From assembly GCA_041615815.1 (NCBI GenBank), contig JBFJCP010000008.1, positions 63,154 to 127,153 of the forward strand: 64,000 bases of DNA, read 5' to 3'. Positions 28,306-39,007 of this stretch are shown piece after piece. Made by a program: the position numbers and the translations under genes. This stretch comes from Gemmatimonadales bacterium (lineage in GTDB: Bacteria > Gemmatimonadota > Gemmatimonadetes > Gemmatimonadales > GWC2-71-9). Numbering within the stretch: position 1 is the first letter of the stretch; every line of letters begins with the position of its first letter. Below the pieces are notes generated by a model. The model was not told where the DNA came from and ran no database searches. It worked only from the letters and a program-made list of their open reading frames with translations.

Positions 28306-29693
28306 CGCAACGGAACACGCGTCCCTACGAATCGATTCTCGACACGATCGGGTGGACTCCACTCGTGCGCCTCACGCGCGTGACCGGCGGGATTCGCACG
28401 CCCGTGTACGGCAAAGCCGAGTTCTTCAATCCAGGAGGGTCCCTCAAGGACCGGATCGGTCTGGCGATCATCGAAGATGCGGAGCGACGCGGGGAGCTGA
28501 ACCCCGGGGGCGTGGTGGTCGAGGGTACCTCCGGGAACACCGGCGTTGGGTTGGCCATCGCGGCCGCCCTCAAGGGCTACCGCTGCGTGTTTACCATGCC
28601 GGACAAGATGTCGCAGGAGAAGGTTCGGCTTCTGAAGGCGTTTGGCGCGGAGGTCATCATCACTCCGACGGCCGTGCCGCCCGACCATCCGGACAATTAC
28701 GTGATGAAGGCCAAGGCCATCGTCAAGGCAACTCCGAACGCCATCTTGGCCAACCAGTTCTACAATCAGGTAAACCCCGAGGTGCACTACCGGACGACCG
28801 GACCCGAACTGTGGGAACAAACCGAGGGACGCATCACCCACTTCGTGGGTGGCGCAGGAACCGGTGGCACGTTGAGCGGCGCCGGCCGCTACCTCAAGGA
28901 ACGCAATGCCGCCATCCGTATCATCGCCGGCGATCCCGAAGGCTCCATTTACGCCGCTTATGGCCGGGGAGAAAAGGACTTAGAGGGACACCCCTACAAG
29001 GTGGAGGGAATTGGCGGAGACAAGCTCCCCGAAACCCTGCATTTCGAGTACATCGACGAGTTCCATAACGTCTCGGACAAAAGCGCATTCCAGATGGCCC
29101 GGCGGCTCGCCCGCGAGGAGGGACTGTTCGTTGGTGGTTCCACTGGTCTGATCGTACAGGTGGCGCTGCAAGTGGCGCGGGCAGTCGACGACCCCGCTGC
29201 GTTGGTGGTGGCGATGTTGTGCGATACAGGGGAACGGTACCTCTCGAAAGTCTTCAACGATGAGTGGATGCGGGAGAACCAACTCTTAGACGTCGATCGA
29301 GGGGTGACCGCGGACAGCCTGCTCCAAGCCAAGGCGCACGATGCACCCGCTCTCGTGACTCTCGCCCCCGGACAGACGGTACGCCAGGCGCTCAATCTGA
29401 TGGAGACCTATGGCGTCTCTCAGCTACCCATCGTTGAAGGGGGCGACTGCGTGGGATCCGTGGCCGAAGGGGTGCTCATGACTCGGGCGATCTCCGAGCC
29501 ATCAGCGCTGGAACAACCTGTTCGAGAAGTCATGGAACCTCCCTTTCCCGTTGTGGACGGCGGCTTCCCGCTCGAACGCTTCTGCGAACTTCTCTCGCGC
29601 GAGACCCCGGCCGTGCTCGTCCGACAGGATGGTGCTCTCTCGGGCATCGTGACCCGGTACGACGTACTGCATCAGATGGCGGGAATCCGGTGA
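28302..29693 (+). CDS. cystathionine beta-synthase (PLP domain plus CBS pair)
   Basis: NPGGSLKDRIG, TSGNTG, GAGTGGT, VEGIG, DTGERYLSK, C-terminal CBS domains. Confidence 0.9.
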   Translation: MTQRNTRPYESILDTIGWTPLVRLTRVTGGIRTPVYGKAEFFNPGGSLKDRIGLAIIEDAERRGELNPGGVVVEGTSGNTGVGLAIAAALKGYRCVFTMPDKMSQEKVRLLKAFGAEVIITPTAVPPDHPDNYVMKAKAIVKATPNAILANQFYNQVNPEVHYRTTGPELWEQTEGRITHFVGGAGTGGTLSGAGRYLKERNAAIRIIAGDPEGSIYAAYGRGEKDLEGHPYKVEGIGGDKLPETLHFEYIDEFHNVSDKSAFQMARRLAREEGLFVGGSTGLIVQVALQVARAVDDPAALVVAMLCDTGERYLSKVFNDEWMRENQLLDVDRGVTADSLLQAKAHDAPALVTLAPGQTVRQALNLMETYGVSQLPIVEGGDCVGSVAEGVLMTRAISEPSALEQPVREVMEPPFPVVDGGFPLERFCELLSRETPAVLVRQDGALSGIVTRYDVLHQMAGIR

Positions 29694-29758
29694 GCGGTCC
29701 CAGCACCGTGCACCGTCCCTGACATCTGCTCCTGGGACCGCCATCCGAGCCACCGGCC

Positions 29759-30145
29759 ATGTCTCCATTCGTTCTCTCCGCCGAGACGTCGTTCTCCGCA
29801 GCCCATACACTGCCAGGCGTGGATCTATGTGACCGGTTTCACGGACACAATTGGCGTGTGCGGCTCAGCGTATCGGTGGATGACAACCAACTCGACGCGG
29901 GTGGCATGGGAGTCGATTTCCGCATATTGGAAGACATCGCTCGAGACGCCGTGTCGGAGTTCGAACACCGCTACCTGAACGACCTCCCCTCGTTCCAGGA
30001 CAGCCCACCCACGGCCGAGCGCATCGCGAAACTAGTATTCACCCGGGCCGAGACCGAACTCCAGCAGCGCGCGCCGACGGCACGGGTTTCGGCGGTCGAT
30101 GTGTGGGAGACACCGGAGTACTGCGTGACCTATCAGCGAGCATGA
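29759..30145 (+). CDS. queD: 6-carboxytetrahydropterin synthase
   Basis: FSAAH, C..FHGHNW, DF, H.YLND, PTAERIA, WET. Confidence 0.9.
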   Translation: MSPFVLSAETSFSAAHTLPGVDLCDRFHGHNWRVRLSVSVDDNQLDAGGMGVDFRILEDIARDAVSEFEHRYLNDLPSFQDSPPTAERIAKLVFTRAETELQQRAPTARVSAVDVWETPEYCVTYQRA

Positions 30146-31170
30146 GCCGTATCACCGTCCTGACGGGCGGCGCCACAGCCGAGCGCGACGTCGCACTGGC
30201 CGGCGCGGCGCAAGTGGTCCAAGCGCTACGCGACCGGGATCACGACGTTACGGTCGTGGACACCGTCACCGGCCCTATGGACGCCGCGCAGGAGCGGCGC
30301 CTGCTCGTGCCCACGGTGGGAGCCACGCCCCCGAATATCAGCGATCTTGAGCAACTGACCGAGCGGGAGTGCCTGCCCGACGTGGTCCGCTGGCCCGAGC
30401 TCCGCGAAGCGGATCTCGTGTTCATCGTCCTGCACGGCCGGCAGGGCGAGGGGGGCCTCGTGCAGGCTCTGCTCGAGAGCGGTGGCATTCCTTATGCGGG
30501 AAGCGGTCAATTGGGGAGTGCCCTCGCCATGGATAAGGACATCGCCAAACGGCTGCTGCGTGACGCCGGCGTCCCCACACCGTCGTGGCAGATGTGGCCA
30601 GTCGGCGCGGCAACCCTGACGGAACTCGGACTCCCGCTGGTGGTCAAACCATCCAAGGCTGGCTCTACCGTTGGGCTCAGCGTCGTCCGCCAGCCGCAAG
30701 AGCTCGAGGTCGCCGTGCGGACGGCGCGCGCGTACGACGACGAGGTGTTGCTGGAGGCATTCGTGCCCGGACGGGAATTCACGGTTGGGGTGTTGGGCGA
30801 GGACGCGCTGGCCGTGGGGGAGATCATCCCGAGCCACGAAATCTTCGATTACGAGTGCAAGTACACACCGGGGATGACACAGGAGGTGTTCCCCGCGGAC
30901 ATCCCCACCGCCCTCATGGAGGAACTGCAGACGCTCGCGCTGCGGGCCCACCGTGCACTCAAGCTGGCGGATTTCTCGCGAGTGGACTTTCGCCAGGGGG
31001 AGGACGGACGCGCATACTGCCTGGAACTCAACACGTTACCGGGGCTCACCGCTACGAGCCTCCTGCCACAGTCGGCGGCAGCGGTCGGAATCCCGTTTCC
31101 CGACCTGTGCGAGCGAATCTGTTCCCTGGCCTTGCGGCGATACGAGCAGCGGAACAAAGTGCGGGCGTAA
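30142..31170 (+). CDS. ddl: D-alanine-D-alanine ligase
   Basis: GG..AERDV, LHGRQGEGG, MDK, KPSKAGS, FDYECKY, ELNTLPG. Confidence 0.92.
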   Translation: MSRITVLTGGATAERDVALAGAAQVVQALRDRDHDVTVVDTVTGPMDAAQERRLLVPTVGATPPNISDLEQLTERECLPDVVRWPELREADLVFIVLHGRQGEGGLVQALLESGGIPYAGSGQLGSALAMDKDIAKRLLRDAGVPTPSWQMWPVGAATLTELGLPLVVKPSKAGSTVGLSVVRQPQELEVAVRTARAYDDEVLLEAFVPGREFTVGVLGEDALAVGEIIPSHEIFDYECKYTPGMTQEVFPADIPTALMEELQTLALRAHRALKLADFSRVDFRQGEDGRAYCLELNTLPGLTATSLLPQSAAAVGIPFPDLCERICSLALRRYEQRNKVRA

Positions 31171-31188
31171 AGGAGTAAATTCCACAGA

Positions 31189-32013
31189 ATGAGGACGCAG
31201 TCACCTTTTGTGTTGACCCCATGGGTGCGGGGATTGATCATCGCCAACGCGGTGATCTATCTCCTGCAGATCACCGTGTTCACGGGCCCGTGGTTCAGCG
31301 ACACCTTCGCGTTCAGCCCTGTCCGGGCCGTCACGCACTGGTGGACTTTCGTCACGTACATGTTCCTCCATGGGGGATTCCTCCACCTCGCCTTCAACAT
31401 GCTCATGTTGTTCTTCTTCGGCTCGGCCGTCGAAGAACGCATGGGCGGTCCAACCTTCGGACTCTACTACTTCATCTGTGGGATAGGAGCAACCGTCTTC
31501 TCCTTCGCCGTGTCGCTGTTGTGGCCGGTGGCGCCGTTCGTCGGCGCGTCGGGCGCCGTGTTCGGCGTCTCACTCGCCTTCGCGATGTATTGGCCCGACG
31601 CACCTATCTACGTATTCCCAATCCCCGTGCCCATCAAAGCCAAATGGCTGGTCATGTTCCTGGCCACGGTCGGGCTCATCGCCGCCATCACCAGCGTCCA
31701 GGATGGCGTCGCTCACCTGGCGCATCTCGGTGGATTCCTGTTCGGGTTCATCTATTTGAAGGGTGAGGAGCGCATCGTTCGCCGAGCACGGGCCGTCATC
31801 AGCCGTCCTCCGCCAAAGCGCCCCAAAGCTCGCGCCCGAGCTCGCGAACGCCGGGCTGCAAACGGCGAAACCGCCCGCCGACCCCGCCGCAAGGAGATTC
31901 GCGACGAAGTGGATCGGGTGCTCGACAAGATCAGCGAGACCGGGATCGAAAGTCTCACAGACGAGGAGCTTCGTCTGCTCGAGAGCGCAAGCCGACAGTT
32001 CCGCGGGCATTAG
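31189..32013 (+). CDS. rhomboid family intramembrane protease
   Basis: YMFLHGG..HLAFNM, GASG, AHLAHLGG, C-terminal VDRVLDKI domain. Confidence 0.92.
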   Translation: MRTQSPFVLTPWVRGLIIANAVIYLLQITVFTGPWFSDTFAFSPVRAVTHWWTFVTYMFLHGGFLHLAFNMLMLFFFGSAVEERMGGPTFGLYYFICGIGATVFSFAVSLLWPVAPFVGASGAVFGVSLAFAMYWPDAPIYVFPIPVPIKAKWLVMFLATVGLIAAITSVQDGVAHLAHLGGFLFGFIYLKGEERIVRRARAVISRPPPKRPKARARARERRAANGETARRPRRKEIRDEVDRVLDKISETGIESLTDEELRLLESASRQFRGH

Positions 32014-32018
32014 CCGGC

Positions 32019-32513
32019 GTGGCTCCCCAGCTTCGGGTACGCCAGGGTGACATCACGAGCTACGACGGCGACGCTATTGTCAACGCCGCCAACAACCACC
32101 TCCAGCTCGGCGCCGGCGTCGCTGGCGCCATTCGCCGGGCGGGGGGCCCCGCCATCCAGCAGGAGTGCGATCGCCACGGCCCGATTCGAGTGGGCGAAGC
32201 CGCCATGACTGGGGCGGGTAATCTCCCCGTGCGCTGGGTGATTCACGCCGCAGCGATGGGCGATCAACCGGTTTCCCGGGAGTCGATTCGCGCGAGTACT
32301 CTGGCCAGTCTGCGGTTGGCGACGACGCACGGCATCCGCCGCATCGCGTTCCCCGTCCTTGGCTCCGGAGTTGGAGGCTTCTCGTTCGCGCGTGCGGCGC
32401 AAATCATGCGTGACGCCGTGCGGGAATCACCCGATACCGCAACCATCGACGAGATCGTGTTCTACGGATTCGGTGAGGAGGCCGCCCGCACACTCGAACG
32501 GATCCTGCACTAA
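32019..32513 (+). CDS. macro domain protein
   Basis: GDIT, AIVNAAN, GAGVAGAI, VIHA, FPVLGSGVGG. Confidence 0.92.
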   Translation: MAPQLRVRQGDITSYDGDAIVNAANNHLQLGAGVAGAIRRAGGPAIQQECDRHGPIRVGEAAMTGAGNLPVRWVIHAAAMGDQPVSRESIRASTLASLRLATTHGIRRIAFPVLGSGVGGFSFARAAQIMRDAVRESPDTATIDEIVFYGFGEEAARTLERILH

Positions 32514-32562
32514 CCTCTCTCTTGTCAGCACTCCCGTCGCGTCCCAAATTGGGGGCGCCTCC

Positions 32563-33507
32563 ATGCTCATCAACCTCGTGCCGCAGTTCCTCGCCGCCAT
32601 GACAGCGTCCGATCCGGTGGAGGCGTATCGGCGCTATCTCGATGAGCACAGTCTCGTCCTGCGTTCGTATTGGCAAAACTACATCCTGGATCCCGACGGT
32701 CCGCATGCCGAGGAGGTGATTCGACGGGCCGTCACAGCGGACCGGCGAGACCTCACCGCACTTTTGAAGCAGTTCGACATCGAAGGCGTCGTCTCGGAGA
32801 CCACCGCCAAATGCGAGGAGAAGTTCGAGACCGACCGGCCGTTCGACGTGTATCTGATGGTCGGCGTCGGTGGAGCCAACGCCGGAGAGCTCGTGGTGGG
32901 CGGGCGCGGCATCGCCTTCGTGTGTGTGGAACATTTCACCGGCCGCCCCAACGCGGAGTCCCTCGGGCTTGGGCTCCGACCGGAGCTGCTGGGCCTTTGG
33001 GTGGCCCACGAGGTGGCCCATTTGGTTCGATACACCTCTCCAACGAGCCGGAGCGAACTCGCTACCATCGTGCGGAGCATGAACGGGTACTACGATTGCT
33101 GGGAGGCGGGAAGCCGGGCGACGCTGCGTGAACTCATGGTGAATGAAGGGCTGGCAGTCGCCGGAGCTCGGGCTATCGCCTCGGGGTTCGAGTCGTGGGA
33201 CTACTTCGGCTATTCGCGCCGCGCCTATCGTCGGCTCCGCCAACTGGACGCGTTTCTGCTCCGCAGCGTGCAGCCAGATCTGGACCGGCGCGGCTTGGGA
33301 TATCGCCTGCGCTACCTGGTGGGAGGCGTGCCCCCCACCCAACGTATTGTCCGAGGAAAGGTCATCCCGGAACGCTCGGGGTACTATCTGGGCTATCGCA
33401 TGATCGAGCCGCTGCTCGGGCGCTGTGGAATCGCCCGCGCGCTCCGCGAGGCCGCTGCGGAATGTAGTGCTTCAGACGTCCCGGAAAGTGGAGCCCAAAC
33501 CGCGTGA
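32563..33507 (+). CDS. putative zinc-dependent protease (DUF2268-like)
   Basis: HEVAH, NEGLA, GYYLGY. Confidence 0.65.
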   Translation: MLINLVPQFLAAMTASDPVEAYRRYLDEHSLVLRSYWQNYILDPDGPHAEEVIRRAVTADRRDLTALLKQFDIEGVVSETTAKCEEKFETDRPFDVYLMVGVGGANAGELVVGGRGIAFVCVEHFTGRPNAESLGLGLRPELLGLWVAHEVAHLVRYTSPTSRSELATIVRSMNGYYDCWEAGSRATLRELMVNEGLAVAGARAIASGFESWDYFGYSRRAYRRLRQLDAFLLRSVQPDLDRRGLGYRLRYLVGGVPPTQRIVRGKVIPERSGYYLGYRMIEPLLGRCGIARALREAAAECSASDVPESGAQTA

Positions 33508-33725
33508 CCAAGAAAGCGAAGAAAAAGTCTTCCAAAGCGTCGTCCACGCCGGAGGAACGGCGGCAGAACCTGGCCCTGCGCGAGGTCGTCAATGAGCTCG
33601 TAGATCACGTGCGCTGGATCTCGCAGAACCTCCGAGGCCTCTCGCCCATGGAGATCGAGCACGCCCAGGATCGGCTCGAATGGCTCGCCGATGAGGTGTG
33701 GCGACTCACCATCGACGGGGACTAG
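33504..33725 (+). CDS. hypothetical protein
   Basis: GTGA overlap with the upstream gene, helical 73 aa. Confidence 0.6.
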   Translation: MTKKAKKKSSKASSTPEERRQNLALREVVNELVDHVRWISQNLRGLSPMEIEHAQDRLEWLADEVWRLTIDGD

Positions 33726-33731
33726 TGGGCG

Positions 33732-35078
33732 TCACTTCCCCACACAGAAGCTCGCAAACACCCGGTCCAACACCTCTTCCGCCGCCACCACCCCGATCAC
33801 ATCTTCGAGCGAGGTGACCGCGGCTCGAAGATGCGTGGCCGCCACTGCCCCTTCCAAACCCCGCGCGTGTGCGTCCACGAACGCTCTGACCTCGTCCAAC
33901 GATCGTTGCAAGGCCACACGGTGACGCTCGCGCGTGACGAACGGCTCCACCATTCCTCGGTGGGCCAACTGGGTGAACGCAACCCGAGCCAGTTCCTTGC
34001 GGATCGCCGGCAAGCCCGTCCCAGTTTGCGCGGACACCACAAGCTCGTTCGCGGCAGGCGTCCACGTCCCCTCCACCAGATCGCTCTTGGTTCGAACAAC
34101 CACCACTGGAACGCCGATCTCCTCGAGGAACGCACGCTCCTCGTGTTCTGCGGGACGACCCGCTTCGATACAGAACAACACCACATCGGCAGCTGCTAAG
34201 TACCGCCAGCTGACCTCGATACCGATTCGCTCCACCCGGTCCTCGCTTTCGCGCAGTCCGGCCGTGTCGATCAACCGAAAGGGAAACCCGTCACAGGAAG
34301 CCGGTGCCTCGATGGCGTCGCGCGTCGTTCCAGGGACCTCCGTAACGATTGCCCGCTCGCGGCCGAGCAAGGCGTTGAACAGCGACGATTTGCCCGCATT
34401 GGGTTTTCCAGCGACGACCGCGACCGCGCCTTCACGCAGACGCTCCCCCTCGACCGCAGTGCTCAGGAGTTGCTCGACACGTTGCTCCACCCGATGCGCG
34501 GCGTCCCGAACGCGCTCGGCAGGGACCGGTCCACTATCCTCTTCTGGAAAATCGATGTCGTAGCACACCAGCGCTTCAAGATCGAGCACCTCGCCACGCA
34601 GCGACGCTATACGTTCGGAAAGTCCTCGATCGAGCTGCTCGAGAGCCGCACGCCGCTGGGCCGGTGCCGTGGCGTCAACGAGATCCGCCACCGCCTCTGC
34701 TTGCAGTAAGTCCAGCTTGCCGTTCAGCAGGGCCCGCCGAGTGAACTCCCCCGGCAACGCCTGTCGAGCGCCGGCGACGAGCAGCGCACTCAGGACGCCG
34801 GCTGGCGCCAACAGCCCACCGTGCGTCGATATCTCGACGAGATGCTCGCCCGTGTACGATCGGGGCTCCTGATAGGTGAGATAGAGGATTTCGTCGAGCG
34901 TTTCGCCGGTCTCCGGATGGCATGCGTGGGCCAGACGAGCCTGCCGGTAGGGCTCGGCACGAAACGGCGTCACCACGCTGGCTGTCACGGCAAACACGTC
35001 GGGTCCCGAAAGACGGATGACCGCGATCGCCGACCGGCCTGGCGGCGTGGCGAAGGCGGCAATCACGTCTGCCATCAT
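33732..35078 (-). CDS. mnmE: tRNA modification GTPase MnmE
   Basis: GEFTRRA..NGKLDL, GKPNAGKSS, GTTRD, DTAG, FCVGK end. Confidence 0.96.
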   Translation of the reverse strand: MMADVIAAFATPPGRSAIAVIRLSGPDVFAVTASVVTPFRAEPYRQARLAHACHPETGETLDEILYLTYQEPRSYTGEHLVEISTHGGLLAPAGVLSALLVAGARQALPGEFTRRALLNGKLDLLQAEAVADLVDATAPAQRRAALEQLDRGLSERIASLRGEVLDLEALVCYDIDFPEEDSGPVPAERVRDAAHRVEQRVEQLLSTAVEGERLREGAVAVVAGKPNAGKSSLFNALLGRERAIVTEVPGTTRDAIEAPASCDGFPFRLIDTAGLRESEDRVERIGIEVSWRYLAAADVVLFCIEAGRPAEHEERAFLEEIGVPVVVVRTKSDLVEGTWTPAANELVVSAQTGTGLPAIRKELARVAFTQLAHRGMVEPFVTRERHRVALQRSLDEVRAFVDAHARGLEGAVAATHLRAAVTSLEDVIGVVAAEEVLDRVFASFCVGK

Positions 35079-35092
35079 ATGGAAAGCCTAGG

Positions 35093-36754
35093 CTACGGGG
35101 ACTTCCCCAACCGCCTCATGCGCTGACGCGCGATCAGCCATTGCTGCGGAATGCTCGCGATGTTGCTGACCGCATAGTAGAGATTGAGCCCCGCGGAGAA
35201 CTGAAGGAACAGCACGGTCAGGACGCCAGGCATGACGTACGTTATCATCTTGGTCTGCGGAGTCGGTGGCACCCCGATCTGCCCGATCTTCGAAACGGCG
35301 AACATCGACAGACCCATCAGGATCGGAATGACGTATATGGGGTCGGCGCGTGACAGATCGGGCAGCCACAGGAACGGCACACCACGAAACTCGATGGTCT
35401 CCCGGAACACGAAGAAGAGGGCAAACAGAATTGGCATCGGGATGAGCATCGGCAGGCACCCACCCAGTGGGTTCACACCGTGCTGCTTGTACAGCTTCAT
35501 CATCTCCTGCTGCAGCTTCTGGGCGTCGTTCTTGTACTTCTCCTGCAGGGCCTTGAGCTCGGGCTGCACTGCTTGCATCGCCACGCTGGATTTCATGGCT
35601 TTTTGATTGAGTGGCCACAGTGCCACGCGCACTGCCAGACCGAACAGAATCAATACCCAGCCATAGGCGAGGTTCAGCGTCTCATGCATCCAGATCAAGA
35701 CGCGAACGATAAGATTGGCAAAGGGGCGAATGATGGGGCGGAAGATCCATCCGTACGGGTTGATGTCTGCGAATTCATGGCCGATCCGTGCCAGACGGTG
35801 AAACTCCTGGGGACCAGCATACACCGCGTACGAAAACACCCCGCCGGGTGCGGGTAGGGAAACGACCACATCCGTGCGAACCGCATTTTTCCCTTCTGGA
35901 TCGCCACCCGTCGCCACGGCCCCGCCGAAACGGGGCTGTTGTTCGTCGGTGGCCAGGGTAGCCACCGCAAAGTACTTCGACTTGATGGCCACCCACTCAA
36001 ACGGACCCGAGAGCGCTCGCCGCTCTCCCGGATCCAATGACCGAAACGTGGTGCTCTCCGTCTTGTTGGCCTTTGTCACCACGGCGTAGGCACGGAAATC
36101 CTCGCTACTGTCCGCTTCGACGAACGCAATCCGCGGTCCGAGTCCGATCAACACGAGACCGCGGGTCGCAATTCCGGTGAACGACCCTTCCACCTCAAAC
36201 ACGTAGTGATCCGGGCGGAACCGATAAGACAGGTGGAGCTCGGCTCGGCCGCGTCGCGCGATCCAGTCCAGCGTCGCACCCACGGTGTCCACCACGAGCG
36301 ACTTGGTGGACGGCTCGAAGGTCCAGTCCGCGAGGGAAACCGTATCGTTGCCGAGGACGAGCGCCAGTTCCAAGAACCTCGACGACTCGGGTATGATCTG
36401 TGCGAGCCCGGAGTCCCCCGGCGCGTAGGATCGATAGTTCTTGAGCGTCGCACCCACCAGCTTGGCGCCACGGCTGCTAAAGGTGAAGTCGTAGATCGGT
36501 GACTCGACGGTGACGAGCTGATCCCCGTCCAGGGTATCCGTCGGGGGCGGCGGGACCGGCAGTTCCGTCGGCGTCGCTACCGGAATCGCGGAATCCAACC
36601 GCGGGGACACGATGAGCGTATCCACGATCGGGCCCCTGGAATCGCCCGTCGGGGCCGACACCGGCGCCGGACCACGCCTCGGCGAGAGCAGGATAGTAGG
36701 GAGAATCGCGACGATCAGCATGAGGCCGATCGCCAGCACCATGCGGCGATCCAT
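35093..36754 (-). CDS. yidC: membrane protein insertase YidC
   Basis: N-terminal TM, periplasmic domain, NPLGGCLP, FLWLPDLS, GLNLYY. Confidence 0.95.
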   Translation of the reverse strand: MDRRMVLAIGLMLIVAILPTILLSPRRGPAPVSAPTGDSRGPIVDTLIVSPRLDSAIPVATPTELPVPPPPTDTLDGDQLVTVESPIYDFTFSSRGAKLVGATLKNYRSYAPGDSGLAQIIPESSRFLELALVLGNDTVSLADWTFEPSTKSLVVDTVGATLDWIARRGRAELHLSYRFRPDHYVFEVEGSFTGIATRGLVLIGLGPRIAFVEADSSEDFRAYAVVTKANKTESTTFRSLDPGERRALSGPFEWVAIKSKYFAVATLATDEQQPRFGGAVATGGDPEGKNAVRTDVVVSLPAPGGVFSYAVYAGPQEFHRLARIGHEFADINPYGWIFRPIIRPFANLIVRVLIWMHETLNLAYGWVLILFGLAVRVALWPLNQKAMKSSVAMQAVQPELKALQEKYKNDAQKLQQEMMKLYKQHGVNPLGGCLPMLIPMPILFALFFVFRETIEFRGVPFLWLPDLSRADPIYVIPILMGLSMFAVSKIGQIGVPPTPQTKMITYVMPGVLTVLFLQFSAGLNLYYAVSNIASIPQQWLIARQRMRRLGKSP

Positions 36755-36764
36755 CAGCGGAGCG

Positions 36765-37004
36765 TCACGGCACCGGATCGGGCCCGCCGGCCCGGAAGGG
36801 ATGGCAGCGCAGAATGCGACGGAATCCGAGCCAGCCCCCTCGCATCACGCCGTAGCGGCGGACCGCCTCGAGCGCATACATCGAGCACGTGGGTTGATAC
36901 CGGCACGGCGACGGGAACGGACTGGCCGCGATCTGATAGGCGCGGATTAACCCGACGACGAAGTGTCGCGGGACCCGAGCGATGGTGAGAGCGAACGACG
37001 CCAT
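36765..37004 (-). CDS. yidD: membrane protein insertion efficiency factor YidD
   Basis: [28 protein letters not shown]. Confidence 0.93.
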   Translation of the reverse strand: MASFALTIARVPRHFVVGLIRAYQIAASPFPSPCRYQPTCSMYALEAVRRYGVMRGGWLGFRRILRCHPFRAGGPDPVP

Positions 37005-37324
37005 TCTTCGAGGTCGGTTGCCAGCTCTTGGAAGTTGGCTTGATAGGCGTTGGCGCGGGATCGGACGACGAGGTCCACGGGCGCCAACTGCGGCAGGAGT
37101 CGCCTGCGGGCGATCTCGCGGAGCCGACGCCGCAAGCGATTTCGCTGCACCGCCGTAGCACCACGCCGCGGCACCACCAATCCCAGCCTGGGGTGCCCCA
37201 GTCTGTTCGAGCACCAGGCCAAGTCGAGACGCGGCGTGCGACGGCGCTTCCCGGTACGCCACACCGCTGCGATGTCCGCGGCTCTCGTGAGTCGCCAGCT
37301 CCGTGGGAGCGACTCGCTCCTCAA
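36947..37324 (-). CDS. rnpA: ribonuclease P protein component
   Basis: [19 protein letters not shown] (RNR motif). TTG start overlaps the rpmH stop. Confidence 0.9.
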   Translation of the reverse strand: MRSESLPRSWRLTRAADIAAVWRTGKRRRTPRLDLAWCSNRLGHPRLGLVVPRRGATAVQRNRLRRRLREIARRRLLPQLAPVDLVVRSRANAYQANFQELATDLEEWRRSLSPSLGSRDTSSSG

Positions 37325-37482
37325 TGCCCTCCGTGTTTCGAGGGCAATCGGACAGCAAGCCGCTTGCGGCCCTTCTTCCGTCGCCGATTGAGGACTGCCC
37401 GTCCCCACCGGGTCCGCATGCGTGCCCGGAATCCGTGTTTTCCCGTGCGCCGCTTGTTGCGCGGCCTGTATGTCGGCTTCAT
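37321..37482 (-). CDS. rpmH: 50S ribosomal protein L34
   Basis: Manual translation [42 protein letters not shown]..., 53 aa, below the ORF-track cutoff. Confidence 0.96.
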   Translation of the reverse strand: MKPTYRPRNKRRTGKHGFRARMRTRWGRAVLNRRRKKGRKRLAVRLPSKHGGH

Positions 37483-37521
37483 GTGTATCCCAAAGAAAAC
37501 GCACTGATTTACAGGGCCCGA

Positions 37522-37551
37522 AAGCTAGCCGTGCCAGGTCTCTGGGGTCAA
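37522..37551 (-). promoter_or_regulatory. sigma70 promoter of rpmH
   Basis: Minus strand TTGACC-N18-TAGCTT. Confidence 0.55.
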
Positions 37552-37553
37552 GG

Positions 37554-37582
37554 TTGACTTTTCCACACGCGAGGGCTACAAT
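37554..37582 (+). promoter_or_regulatory. sigma70 promoter of dnaA with an overlapping DnaA box
   Basis: TTGACT-N17-TACAAT. TTTTCCACA at 37559-37567. Confidence 0.75.
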
Positions 37583-37624
37583 CGGTCGCCCTTTCAAACC
37601 ACCTACCCTTTTAACCAATCGCAG

Positions 37625-39007
37625 ATGGAGTTGTCCGCCAAAGAAGCGTGGGCACGTCTCGTTGAAGCTGTACGACATGAACTCCCCGACGCCACCGTCC
37701 GTACCTGGTTGGAACCCGTCGAACCGATTGCTCTCCGCGAGGGGCGCCTAATCGTCGGCGCTCCCGACCAATTCGCCGTCGAGTGGAATCAGTCCAAGCA
37801 CAGCCCCGTCTTGTCACGACTCGCAAACGACATCCTGGGTGTGCGGTTGGAGATCGTGTTTCAGGTACAGGAAGAACGCTCCCGACGCCCACAGATGGAC
37901 TTTTTCGTGGCGCCGCCTAGCGGTATGAAGGCTGGCGCAGCGGCTCGCGCCACGCGACCGCTCAATGACCGCTACTCGTTCCGGACGTTCGTGATTGGTA
38001 AATCCAACGAGCTGGCGGCTGCGGCGGCGCACGCCGTCGCCGAGGCGCCTGGAAAGACGTACAACCCCTTGTTCATCTACGGTGCCACCGGGCTCGGGAA
38101 GACCCACCTCATGCAGGCCGTCGCCCACGCCGTCCTCGAGCGGAACAACGACAGTCGGGTCCTCTACATGGGGGCTGAGCAGTTCATCAACGACGTCATC
38201 GAGAGCATCCACGGCCGTACGATGCCCGAGTTCCGGAAGCGGTACCGTTCGGAGGTGGACATCTTTCTGGTGGACGATGTCCATTTCCTCGAAGGCAAGG
38301 AGATGACCCAGGAGGAGTTCTTCCACACGTTCAATGCCTTGCACGAAGCGGGGAAGCAGATCGTGCTGACGTCCGACCGGGCGCCCAAAGAGATTCCCGG
38401 ACTCGAATCCCGCCTGGTCAGTCGATTCGAATGGGGCATGGTGGCGGACGTCGGACAGCCCGATCTCGAGCACCGCATCGCCATTCTCCAGAAAAAGGCG
38501 GAGCAAGACCATCTCGAACTCACGATCCCAGACGACGTGCTTCGTTTCATCGCGGAGCACGTGCGGACATCCGTTCGCGAGCTCGAGGGCTGCATCATCA
38601 AGCTCCTCCTCTACGCCTCCCTCAAGCATCGAGAGGTCACGATCGACCTCGCCCGTGAGGCGCTGGCTGACAAGATCAAGCAAGCCGAGGCGAGTCAGGT
38701 CGATACCGAGCCGGCGCTTCCCACGGTCGACCGCGTGCAAGAGATCGTTGCCCGCCGCTGGGGTGTAACTCCCGAGGGACTCCGCTCGAAAGCCCGTACC
38801 AAGAATCTGACCGCCCCTCGACAAGTGGCCATGTTCCTCGCCCGGGAGGTCCTGGGCATGCAGCTGGTGGAGATCGGGCAGGCGTTTGGGGGTCGGGATC
38901 ACTCAACCGTGATCCACAGCGTGGATAAAGTACAGCGAGAAATGGCGCGGGACCGCCGTTTTCGGGACCGGGTGGAGCTGGCGCGCAAGGAGCTCGTGAC
39001 GGCCTAG
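37625..39007 (+). CDS. dnaA: chromosomal replication initiator DnaA
   Basis: YNPLFIYGATGLGKTHL, DDVHFL, QEEFFHTFN, SRFEWG, GGRDHSTVIH. Confidence 0.98.
   Translation: MELSAKEAWARLVEAVRHELPDATVRTWLEPVEPIALREGRLIVGAPDQFAVEWNQSKHSPVLSRLANDILGVRLEIVFQVQEERSRRPQMDFFVAPPSGMKAGAAARATRPLNDRYSFRTFVIGKSNELAAAAAHAVAEAPGKTYNPLFIYGATGLGKTHLMQAVAHAVLERNNDSRVLYMGAEQFINDVIESIHGRTMPEFRKRYRSEVDIFLVDDVHFLEGKEMTQEEFFHTFNALHEAGKQIVLTSDRAPKEIPGLESRLVSRFEWGMVADVGQPDLEHRIAILQKKAEQDHLELTIPDDVLRFIAEHVRTSVRELEGCIIKLLLYASLKHREVTIDLAREALADKIKQAEASQVDTEPALPTVDRVQEIVARRWGVTPEGLRSKARTKNLTAPRQVAMFLAREVLGMQLVEIGQAFGGRDHSTVIHSVDKVQREMARDRRFRDRVELARKELVTA

Noticed and set aside
30142..31170. VanA-type D-Ala-D-Lac ligase
   Set aside because: The omega loop FDYECKY keeps the Tyr typical of D-Ala-D-Ala ligases, and no van genes are nearby.
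32019..33725. Macro domain plus protease plus small ORF as an ADP-ribosylation toxin-antitoxin or defence system
   Set aside because: No ADP-ribosyltransferase or toxin motif was seen, and the genes sit at the end of a housekeeping run.
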